Shown piece by piece: positions 1-7,199 of a stretch of DNA of 13,149 bases. The position numbers and the translations under genes are program-made. Positions within the stretch are counted from its first letter, which is position 1; each line of letters opens with the position of its first letter. Under the pieces are notes generated by a model. The model was not told the origin of the DNA. It searched no databases and was given only the letters and a program-made list of their open reading frames with translations. The stretch lies in contig JAEOSH010000056.1 of assembly GCA_016840465.1 (NCBI GenBank), forward strand, positions 1 through 13,149. Direction: 5' to 3'. The stretch comes from Candidatus Baldrarchaeum yapensis (GTDB lineage Archaea > Asgardarchaeota > Baldrarchaeia > Baldrarchaeales > Baldrarchaeaceae).

Positions 1-209
1 AGTCTCTCGAGGGGGTTTCCTTTGAATCTTGGGGAGATCAGCACAATGTCCACGTCGCTCCAGAGGTTGAAGTCCCCTCTAGCGTAGGATCCTACTAGTA
101 TGGCCGTCACCTCGAAGGGGAGTTTTGAGGCCCACTCCGATGCCATCTTTATAACGGCTTCTCTCTCCTTCCTCCTCCTATTAATGATCTCCACGACCCC
201 ATCACCCAT
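1..209 (-). CDS. Minimal nucleotidyltransferase (MNT, NTP_transf_2-like) antitoxin; runs off the window start
   Basis: Own translation of the minus strand from ATG 209 (GTG 194 is an alternative start): MGDGVVEIINRRRKEREAVIKMASEWASKLPFEVTAILVGSYARGDFNLWSDVDIVLISPRFKGNPLER. It contains the Pol-beta-like GSxARGD..SDxD motif. Absent from the supplied ORF track because it has no stop within the window. Confidence 0.9.
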   Translation of the reverse strand, partial: MGDGVVEIINRRRKEREAVIKMASEWASKLPFEVTAILVGSYARGDFNLWSDVDIVLISPRFKGNPLER

Positions 210-296
210 TCGATTATCTTTTCAGCACACGCAATCGCACCCTCGGTAATCCTCGGGTGTGCCCTCCGCCCACGCGTTGACGTACCTTGTCGGGGT
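149..296 (-). pseudogene. HEPN toxin C-terminal remnant
   Basis: TPTRYVNAWAEGTPEDY, then a frameshift at 245, then EGAIACAEKIIEWVMGSWRSLIGG...* (stop 149-151). This matches the archaeal HEPN C-terminus (IPTRYPNAWxEG.P...Y....A..AI..AEKIIEWV) and overlaps the MNT start as in HEPN-MNT operons. The N-terminal part is missing. Confidence 0.75.
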
Positions 297-399
297 GTTT
301 TGGCATTGTTAATGTATCTTCCGGGGTTGATGGGTGATATATGGTTATTGACGTTGTACGTCTTGGGGAATATTGTGGATAGATTTTGATCAGCGGGTA

Positions 400-700
400 G
401 CCATATTCGTGTGGCGACTTCGAAAGCAGACGGGGTACTTGCTTTAGATTCATTCGTTGTAGCAGTTTTTTGAAGAGTTCATATTCTGTGAGTTATATTC
501 TTTATAAGCGCGAGAAACTATATGGTGAGTGGGGGAAGGATCCTATGAGAATTCCGCCGGACGCTGTTGCTGGGCTGGCCATTGCGATTGGCGGGCTTAT
601 GATACTGATGCTGATGCGGTTATCGCTAATATGAGTTTTCAGAAGAGGTGTAGGAGTTCTAATATGGGCGGTTTTTGGTCGCTGTAGAAGTTCATGGAAT
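400..700 (-). pseudogene. Degraded membrane-protein C-terminus (possibly flippase-like)
   Basis: Hydrophobic pieces across frames with stops (KLILAITASASVS / IISPPIAMASPATASGGILIGS) followed by LTEYELFKKLLQRMNLKQVPRLL. Family assignment is a weak impression only. Confidence 0.2.
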
Positions 701-904
701 TGAGGCGTGAGCGGGCGAATTAAAAAACTCAAACGTAGAGTGGAAGGTGTTTTTGAGAGAGGCTAGGAGGCCATACGGGGAAGGAGAATACAATTTTGGC
801 TTGTTTTCAATGCTGAGAAAGCCGTCCAATTATTGTAAAGATGGTGGTTTTCGTACAGAAGTCGTGATCGAGGAGGGCATGTTTAAATCTTTCCTTCAGT
901 CTTT

Positions 905-1047
905 TTATGGTTTCTTCGGTGTGGAGCCTGACAGAATGTCTTCAACGGCCTTTGTGTTGAGGGCTACGTACTTTCCGCCCTTTATTCCATGTTAATCATG
1001 TCCTTTCACGTGTCCAAATGGGAATATTGAGTTTTAGCGAGAGGAGC
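905..1047 (-). pseudogene. PIN/VapC toxin C-terminal fragment
   Basis: LLSLKLNIPIWTRE, then a frameshift, then HGIKGGKYVALNTKAVEDILSGSTPKKP*. Matches the PIN C-terminal ALxLKLNIPIWTxDKD motif. Confidence 0.65.
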
Positions 1048-1064
1048 GAGGATGTTTCATAAAT
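1048..1064 (-). mobile_element. Isolated IS terminal-repeat copy (IS5/IS1182-like right end)
   Basis: GAGGATGTTTCATAAA, 15/16 identical to the copy at 8763-8778, which lies downstream of a transposase C-terminal remnant. Confidence 0.6.
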
Positions 1065-1079
1065 CACAATAAAAAACAA

Positions 1080-1235
1080 TTATCGTAGTGACTTTTCCCT
1101 AATCTTAGTTGCTACTGGCTTTTTCAGCTCCTCGATCAATTTCTTAAGATCCTTTGGCTTAACCTCGATCTCCTGCCACTTCCTAATCCTCCTGAGTATC
1201 CTCTCTTCCTCGGGGCCCAGAAGCTTATTCCCCAA
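1080..1235 (-). CDS. Small charged 51-aa protein, translationally coupled to the SDH protease
   Basis: TTG start at 1235, 5 nt after a GGAGGTGA site (1248-1241) that contains the protease stop codon. Translation MGNKLLGPEEERILRRIRKWQEIEVKPKDLKKLIEELKKPVATKIREKSLR*, with no frameshifts and host-like AGG/GAG codons. Not in the ORF track. Confidence 0.7.
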   Translation of the reverse strand: MGNKLLGPEEERILRRIRKWQEIEVKPKDLKKLIEELKKPVATKIREKSLR

Positions 1236-1240
1236 AACTC

Positions 1241-2086
1241 TCACCTCCCTGGGAGCACATAGACCACGTGATGAATAGGAGATTCCTCTAGTATGTACTT
1301 ACCTAACCATCTCTTTATTTTTACCCAATCTTCCCTATAATCCTCATACCACTTGACATTAAGGCCGAGCTTTCCAGCCTTCTCGTAATCTATAACCTCA
1401 TAATGTGAATGAAAACCATATACGAGTTTCTCGGCTATGCTTTTCGCCTTGTCACTCGGATAACCAGCCTTGGTGAGTAGGTCCATAGCATATGTCTCGA
1501 CCTCGCGAAGAATACCCGTCATTCGCTCCAACTCCTCGGGGTCTATACTCTCTATCAAATGCCTAGATGGATATGGTATATCTTGAGGCGGTGTTCGCTC
1601 ATATTTCTCCTCAAGCTTGTAAAAGCTTCTTAAAAGAGCTAATGCGGACTTGATTCTGTCACCACTCCACATAAGAACATCTATAGGCGATAGCCTGCTT
1701 ATCTCCCCCATGATAATCTCATTACCCGAGATTGCTATCAGAGTAGCACCACTAGCAGCCACCTGCGGTACATACACCCTCAAATACTCAAAGTTCTTCC
1801 TAAGGGCTTTGGCAATTATGTACGCAGATGAAACCCCTCCCCCGGGGCTATGAATGAGCAAATAAAGCTTCTTAACACCGATCTCTTTAGCCCTAAGAAT
1901 AAACGCCTCAACGGCAAACTCCTCAGCATCCCCCAATTCCACACTCACAACGCGCTCGGGAGAAACTCTATACGGCACATGAGGAGCTATAATGGCTAAA
2001 AGGGCCGCATCCTCACTCTTACCAAATTCGATAATTTCCTTATTGTCCTCTTCCCGAATCAGTCCCTCAAAAACCCCTGAGGACAT
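1241..2086 (-). CDS. SDH-family (serine dehydrogenase proteinase, PF01972-like) Clp-fold serine protease
   Basis: 281-aa ORF with LIHSPGG, QVAASGATLIA (Ser), LSPID (Asp) and FHSHYEVID (His) in the Ser-Asp-His order typical of SDH proteases. Confidence 0.9.
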   Translation of the reverse strand: MSSGVFEGLIREEDNKEIIEFGKSEDAALLAIIAPHVPYRVSPERVVSVELGDAEEFAVEAFILRAKEIGVKKLYLLIHSPGGGVSSAYIIAKALRKNFEYLRVYVPQVAASGATLIAISGNEIIMGEISRLSPIDVLMWSGDRIKSALALLRSFYKLEEKYERTPPQDIPYPSRHLIESIDPEELERMTGILREVETYAMDLLTKAGYPSDKAKSIAEKLVYGFHSHYEVIDYEKAGKLGLNVKWYEDYREDWVKIKRWLGKYILEESPIHHVVYVLPGR

Positions 2087-2116
2087 GCTAACCCTTTAAT
2101 AATTTTCCCTCCAATA

Positions 2117-2124
2117 CTTATAAA
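2117..2124 (-). promoter_or_regulatory. TATA box for the SDH protease gene
   Basis: TTTATAAG on the minus strand, about 31-38 nt upstream of ATG 2086. Confidence 0.55.
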
Positions 2125-2128
2125 CCAC

Positions 2129-2275
2129 GAAACTGTTTCATAAACAGATTCGACATGAATACTCACGACTGGGCATCGGCTTGAAGGTATAGGTTGCTGA
2201 TCTACACGTCCTAGTAGCTTTCTCCTTTTTAGACCTCATTGATTTTATTGACGCATGCATGTTTTAGGGACAATA
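2129..2275 (-). mobile_element. Old IS right-end remnant (terminal repeat plus about 130 bp subterminal sequence)
   Basis: GAAACTGTTTCATAAA is 14/16 identical to 8763. 2133-2156 matches 8767-8790 at 21/24, and similarity with mostly transition mismatches continues (actcacgactgggcatcggc vs acacacggctagacatcggc) for over 100 bp. Confidence 0.65.
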
Positions 2276-2279
2276 AAGA

Positions 2280-2453
2280 TGTGAAAAGCTAGTTTTAGCG
2301 CCTCTATATTTATCCTTTTATATGGTCTTGCCTCGTTTTTTCTTAATGTATTCCTCTATTTGCGTTAAAGCGTAATCGGAGTTGCAAGCGTATGTATTCC
2401 GGTCCGGCGAGGTAGGATATGAGTATGTTCGAGTTCGCTATAAGCCGTGTTCT
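2280..2453 (-). pseudogene. PIN/VapC toxin N-terminal fragment
   Basis: RTRLIANSNILISYLAG (PIN start motif h-h-D-S-N-I-L-I-S with D to N), then frameshifted SDYALTQIEEYIKKKRG and INIEALKLAFHIF. It overlaps the end of the antitoxin-like ORF. Confidence 0.6.
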
Positions 2454-2648
2454 TTTCTTCCCTTCTTCTTCCATAGTTCATCCCTGAACCTCTCGAATTC
2501 CTCCAAAGCCTCCTCGTCGAGCCTCTCCTCGGATAACATTTATCCAGTGCTTTCATGCTTCCAGCCTCAATTTTACGTACCTTTCGATGACCGCTTTTAT
2601 CTCCTCCTCATGGATCCGCCCCTTAGGCGGGCGTATTGTCACGAGCAT
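2438..2648 (-). pseudogene. VapB-like antitoxin, split in two
   Basis: MLVTIRPPKGRIHEEEIKAVIERYVKLRLEA* (2648-2553) and MLSEERLDEEALEEFERFRDELWKKKGRKEHGL* (2539-2438). The break coincides with a short tandem duplication (gaagca/tgaaagca). It lies upstream of the PIN fragment and has TTTATAG about 40 nt upstream (2694-2688). Confidence 0.55.
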
Positions 2649-2882
2649 CAAACGTCATCATCCTTCAAGTCATATGGGTTTTGGCAACTATAAAGGTTCA
2701 TTTGTTGGGAGAGGAGGAGAAGGGAGAAGTCATGAAAATAATAGCAATTGTATGAAAGCGTTGGCAATCTGCGCGGCAGCGGATATTTGTCATGCGAATT
2801 TTAATTATGTTCTTCGGAGGTTAGAAACCGCGTCCATGTGATACTTTGTCCCTGGCTCTATCGTAAACTTCAAATTTATGGT

Positions 2883-2896
2883 AAATGTTAACATTT
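2883..2896. promoter_or_regulatory. Perfect 14-bp palindrome, candidate operator
   Basis: AAATGTTAACATTT lies between a TTTATG element (2875-2880) and the start of the AlbA_2-wHTH gene. Confidence 0.45.
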
Positions 2897-2920
2897 GGTA
2901 AAGAGGTAATGTAAAGTTGG

Positions 2921-4261
2921 GTGTTAACGATGGATGTGAACGATGTCATAGATGCGATAAAGTCGGGGGAGGGCGTGCGTGTGGAGTTCAAGAGGAGGTT
3001 TTCGAAGGAGGGGTTTGCGGAGACGGTTTGTGCGATGTTGAATACGGAGGGGGGAGTTGTGTTGATCGGGGTCGATGATAGTGGTAGGGTTATCGGGGTT
3101 GAGGATCCGGGGATTGTGGAGAAGGTGACTGCGGCGCTTCAGGCGATTCAGCCTCCTCCGGAGGTTGGGATTGAGAAGTTCAGGTTAGATGACAGGGTTA
3201 TTTGTGTGGTGAGGGTTCCGAAGTCGGACAAGTTGCATTCGTACCGGGGAAGGGTTTTTGTGAGGTTGGGGGCATCGAATCGTCCTCTTTCCGTGATGGA
3301 GATTGTGGAGAGGGCTGCGGAGTCCCTATTTGTGTATTTTGATCATCTTCCATCGAGTGCGCCGCTGGATGCGATAAATGAGGAGTACGTTGAGGAGTAT
3401 TTGAGAAGGAGAGAGGAGGTGAGGGGTGTTGCGAGGCGGGGGGATTTGATGGAGAACATGGTGAGGTTGAGGATAGTGGTGAGGAAGGGGAGTGGGTATG
3501 TTCCGACGAATGGGGGTTTGCTTTTCTTCAGCGACGCTGCGGACGAGTATTTTCCGAACTCGAGGGTCAGGTTGGTGTGGTTTAAGGATGAGGAGATGAG
3601 GGAGTACAGTGACAGTCGGGAGTTTGGTGGTCCTCTTTGGAAGGTTGTCGACGAGATTTACGAGTACTTTGTAAGAAACCTGAAGAGGGTTGGTGGCGAG
3701 GTGGTTGGGTGGCGGAGGGTTGAGGTTTTTGAGTATCCTTTGAGGGCCTTGAGGGAGGCGGTGATAAATGCGCTGATTCACAGGAACTATTTTGATCCGG
3801 GGCAGGTGCAGATATTCATATTTCCCAGCCGTATCGTGATAAGGAATCCGGGTGGGTTTCCGCCGGGGGTTACGGTGGATGAGCCGTTGCACAAGCCCAG
3901 GAACCCGCTGCTTGCCCAGTATATGTATGACATTGGGTACATTGAGAAGTACGGTATAGGGATAAAGCTGATAAGGGAGGAGTGTGAGAGGCATCCTCTG
4001 GTGTCGGTGGAGTTTCGAACGCGTCCCTTCTATACGGAGGTTGTATTTCACAAGAGGGAGGCGGCGATACTTGACGAGTTGGACAGAAGGATAGTGGAGG
4101 TTCTGGAGAGGAAGGGATCGATGATGAGTTCGGAGATAGCGAGCGAGTTGGGGGTTTCGAAGCCGACCGTTTTGAAGAGGCTTCGGAAACTCATAAGTTT
4201 GGGGCTTGTGAGGGAGGAGGGAAGGGGTGCTAGGAGGAGGTACAGGGTTGCGCGGCACTGA
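2921..4261 (+). CDS. Schlafen/AlbA_2 domain + ATP-dependent RecG-C-terminal-like (HATPase_c_4) domain + winged HTH protein (COG2865-like)
   Basis: N-terminal EGVRVEFK...VCAMLNTEGGVVLIGVDDSG (AlbA_2), central EYPLRALREAVINALIHRNY..IRNPGG..RNPLLA..IEKYGIGI, and C-terminal wHTH SSEIASELGVSKPTVLKRLRKL..GRG. The start may be ATG 2930. Confidence 0.93.
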   Translation: MLTMDVNDVIDAIKSGEGVRVEFKRRFSKEGFAETVCAMLNTEGGVVLIGVDDSGRVIGVEDPGIVEKVTAALQAIQPPPEVGIEKFRLDDRVICVVRVPKSDKLHSYRGRVFVRLGASNRPLSVMEIVERAAESLFVYFDHLPSSAPLDAINEEYVEEYLRRREEVRGVARRGDLMENMVRLRIVVRKGSGYVPTNGGLLFFSDAADEYFPNSRVRLVWFKDEEMREYSDSREFGGPLWKVVDEIYEYFVRNLKRVGGEVVGWRRVEVFEYPLRALREAVINALIHRNYFDPGQVQIFIFPSRIVIRNPGGFPPGVTVDEPLHKPRNPLLAQYMYDIGYIEKYGIGIKLIREECERHPLVSVEFRTRPFYTEVVFHKREAAILDELDRRIVEVLERKGSMMSSEIASELGVSKPTVLKRLRKLISLGLVREEGRGARRRYRVARH

Positions 4262-4338
4262 ATTTCGGGCAACAACTGTTTCGTATGTTCAAATCTCTCT
4301 GCAACATTCATTTGCTTGGGTAAAACGGTAATTATAAC

Positions 4339-4432
4339 ATTGATGCCCTTTCTCCAAAAACTCAATATCTCATGCCGAATACGCGATAAGGACGTGATTA
4401 ACCATGGAATAAAAAGCGGAAAACACGTAACC
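4339..4432 (+). pseudogene. Second PIN C-terminal fragment, a diverged inverted paralog of 905-1047
   Basis: aaaactcaatat..aaggacgtgattaaccatggaataaaaagcggaaaacacgta aligns by eye with the reverse complement of about 965-1040. Translation PFLQKLNISCRIRDKDVINHGIKSGKHV. Confidence 0.55.
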
Positions 4433-4732
4433 CCCGTCAGCCCTCACACTCTAGTACTTCTGAAACGTTCTCTCGGAGATTGCGAAAGATCCGTGAAGCG
4501 GCTCGTCGGTGTGCATTCACTGCGTATGGAGATGGTGGAAGTGAGGAATAGACGGGAAACGTTCGTTCCTCGGAAAGTTTCAGAATTATCAGAAGTACTA
4601 TTTATCGAGTATAACGTTTATCTGTCGGAGGTCTTCCGGTGATAATATATTAGGCGTGCAAAGGGAGTTGTACACTTATGGGCAGTTGTAGGCTTTACAT
4701 TTGAGTTTCTGGAAATTTATTATTGTAAGCTT

Positions 4733-5158
4733 TCAGGCGGATTTTCTGATTTTAGATCCCAACTCGTCTCTGAAGCACCAGAGTCCTTCTCCGATGGCTA
4801 TGGCTGCGATATTAAGGGCGTCTGCAAGTTTATCACTTATTAAGGCCCCCTCGGCCTTTTCAGCGATTACCACGTCACATTTTGTAGTGGGGCCTATTCT
4901 ATCCTCTGTTATGACGGCCACTTCGATGGCGTCGGGTATTTTGACAAGTTTCGTTCTACTGCCGTCGGCCAGGATGTACTCTTTAACTTCAGCGCCACGA
5001 GGCATTTTAGGGTATAGTCCGAGTTCTTCGGCCACTTTAGCTGGGAGGAGGAGTTCGGGCTTGGCGGTTTCGTAACCGCTGTTAACTAGGGCTATAATGT
5101 TCAATTCACCGCTGCCCAGTAGGCTTTTTAGCCTTAATTTCAACCTTATGGTCAGCAC
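4733..5158 (-). CDS. Retropepsin-like (clan AA) aspartic protease homolog with NSG in place of DTG
   Basis: 141 aa with IALVNSGYET..PELLLP..VAEELG, Y.LADG and ALISDKL; GAGGTGA RBS just upstream of GTG 5158. Confidence 0.8.
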   Translation of the reverse strand: MLTIRLKLRLKSLLGSGELNIIALVNSGYETAKPELLLPAKVAEELGLYPKMPRGAEVKEYILADGSRTKLVKIPDAIEVAVITEDRIGPTTKCDVVIAEKAEGALISDKLADALNIAAIAIGEGLWCFRDELGSKIRKSA

Positions 5159-5443
5159 GCTTCACCTCATCAGCGGGGTATAGTCTTCCGATTCTTCCGC
5201 CGGTAGGGACTTCTTTAAGGTAGCCTATTCTGCCCATCCAACTCACCGAACAAAAATCCGCTCACACCATTTACTACCTTTTGAGTGGTTAATAACTTTA
5301 CCATATGCGTAGTGGTTGCATATCATTTCCCATTGTGTGATCTGTTGGCATGAGCCTTGCCCCGGAAAGCGGTTCAACGGTTTAAATTTTGTTCATTTGT
5401 TCTACGCTGGAATTTGGGCGACAATTATTTTCACTGTGAGAAT

Positions 5444-5700
5444 GAGGTTATTTCATGAATAAGCCTATTTGAGTGCTTTGGTATTTCGGAGCCCGCCAAA
5501 AGGTTGTCTTTTGTCAAACCCTACACCTCAATCACCCCCGTCACCTATCCGCACGAAGAGGCCGGCTGGCGCCTCGAGCCTCAGCATCCGCCTAACGTTG
5601 TGCGCCGCCACCCTATGCTCACCCTTCTTCCTCCTGCGATACCTCTGGACCGAGAAAACCCCCGGCCACCCCGACGGGAACACAGCATGAAAACACACGC
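5444..5700 (-). mobile_element. IS5/IS1182-like remnant: transposase C-terminus plus right terminal repeat
   Basis: Minus-strand VQRYRRRKKGEHRVAAHNVRRMLRL (Y-x2-R-x3-E and A-H-N-x-R-R patterns) with stop at 5528-5530, followed about 70 nt later by a 13/16 copy of the terminal repeat (GAGGTTATTTCATGAA, 5444-5459). Confidence 0.5.
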
Positions 5701-5819
5701 GATCGCTTCACCTGAAAGTCGATGTCCTCTGGAACGCCATCATGCAGTTTCCGGCAGTAGATATGGTTAGATATGATATATCCTCTCCTGTCAGTTGGTT
5801 TGCGGTATTTACGATGCCG

Positions 5820-6090
5820 GCCGCGCCCTTCTGCTTTTTCGCACTTGCCATAGGCAATCGTTAGCTTGGCGAAAGACGACATTTTAGTGGGCTCCCTAAG
5901 GATGTGGTGTTTCCCTCCCTCGATGATAGTCTGGGAGGAAGTGATCCTCCCGATCCTGAGGAGGAGAGGGGTTGTCCCGATGAACTCCGAGGGGGCTAAG
6001 GTTGATGTGTCCCAAGGCGGATGTTCGCTCATTGATGCGGACATCCGCTGAACCCCTTGTATTTCTCAGAGTATTCATAGACCCGGCATC
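5820..6090 (-). pseudogene. Possible TrkA-C (RCK_C) domain remnant
   Basis: Frameshifted pieces DVRINERTSALG / TLAPSEFIGTTPLLLRIGR..KLTIAYGK resemble the V.V.E.S...GKTL.E...+L.I.R....D.L..YG pattern. Confidence 0.3.
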
Positions 6091-6346
6091 GAACTACCAG
6101 ATTCGTCACACGACAAAGCGGGCTTTGCGAGATGAAAGTCGTGATAATATCATGATTGATGTGTTTGAAAATTCGAATTTCCCTCAACATAGGACTAATG
6201 TTGAAAGTTTCTGTCGATGCGAAGTTTATATGACCAACTACAGATTCCTTTAACACGTATGAAGGAATTGCGAGTGATGTGCCTGCCACCTGCGGCATCC
6301 ATGGGGTTCGAATCAAAGAGATTGATGGTGACGTAGGTGACACAAA

Positions 6347-6868
6347 ATGTTTTGGAAGGAACTTGTCCTATCGATAGTGGCGGGGGAGGAAGTTTTCGCG
6401 AGGAAGTTGAAAGAAGGACTTCAGATGTTCAGGCTGAGTGTGAGAGAACTTGCGAGGCTATCGGGGGTTCCCGAGTCCACGATATACAAAATATTGAGTG
6501 CGAAGAGGAGTTTCCGCACGGACACCTTGAGGGCAATTGCGATGGTGTTCAAAAAACTGGAACAGAGGGACTCGGGCGCGGCGATTGCAGTGATTGCCGC
6601 CAAGCATATACTGGAAATGATGAGGAGCCGGATGATCGAGGCCAGCGGGAGGAAGTTTAGGATAAGGGAATATCCCGCATCAAACATAGAGGAGGTACTA
6701 ATACAGGCCGTTAGAGCGGAAAAGGACGGGTGTCTAGCCATAGTATGTGCGCCAATTGTCGCATCGACCGTTGAGAAAATGGTGGACATTCCCGTCGTAA
6801 CCATGAGACCGGAGGCGGAGGCGTTGGTGGAGGCAGTTACTAGAGCGATAAAAATAATTTCTGCGTGA
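6347..6868 (+). CDS. Archaeal XRE/HTH_3 transcriptional regulator with a C-terminal alpha/beta domain
   Basis: HTH LSVRELARLSGVPESTIYKILS; C-terminal IREYPASNIEEVLIQAVRAEKDG..AIVCAPIV..TVEKMVDIPV, a pattern I recall from archaeal regulators; AGGTGA RBS at 6335-6340. Confidence 0.85.
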   Translation: MFWKELVLSIVAGEEVFARKLKEGLQMFRLSVRELARLSGVPESTIYKILSAKRSFRTDTLRAIAMVFKKLEQRDSGAAIAVIAAKHILEMMRSRMIEASGRKFRIREYPASNIEEVLIQAVRAEKDGCLAIVCAPIVASTVEKMVDIPVVTMRPEAEALVEAVTRAIKIISA

Positions 6869-7169
6869 GGTATTTACTCTTCGTTTCGAAAATTGCTCTC
6901 ACAATGAACTCCTATGATAACGCACGAGCATGGCATGTATTCCAGCAGTAATTGTACGATTTTTGTCGATACGATGGGGGATATTATTTTCCGTTGATTG
7001 CCATTTTACAATCTTACAAACGTAAGGTGGAGGTATTTCAAAAGTAAAACCTGAGATGAACTGTTGCCAGATTGCGATCCAATAGAGGCTTCCCAACTCT
7101 CCCCTTTTTACTTCTGTAAAACGGTCTCCTTAGTGTCCGAAAGAAATATATCACAAAGCATCAGTTCAC

Positions 7170-7181
7170 TTTTTATAAAAA
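7170..7181 (+). promoter_or_regulatory. TATA box for the first radical SAM gene
   Basis: TTTTTATAAAAA 19-30 nt upstream of ATG 7200; GGAGG RBS at 7192-7196. Confidence 0.55.
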
Positions 7182-7199
7182 TCATCAACGGGGAGGATT

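Noticed and set aside
214-453. 79-aa ORF as an intact HEPN partner
   Set aside because: The HEPN-like residues lie in other frames; this ORF spans unrelated fragments.
2129-2156. The repeated motif as an Xer dif site
   Set aside because: TTATG resembles one dif arm, but the opposite arm lacks the ATAA end, and the motif follows transposase fragments.
3326-4258. 310-aa minus-strand ORF
   Set aside because: Antisense shadow of the G-rich Schlafen gene; Pro/His/Leu-rich with no motifs or RBS.
4270-4290. AACTGTTTCGTA (and GAGGTATTTCAAAAGT near 7030) as further IS-end copies
   Set aside because: Matches are too short or gapped, with no supporting subterminal similarity.
6305-6314. GGTTCGAATC, a tRNA T-loop-like motif
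   Set aside because: No 3' T-stem complement, no pairing anticodon or acceptor stems; not a tRNA or a credible att site.
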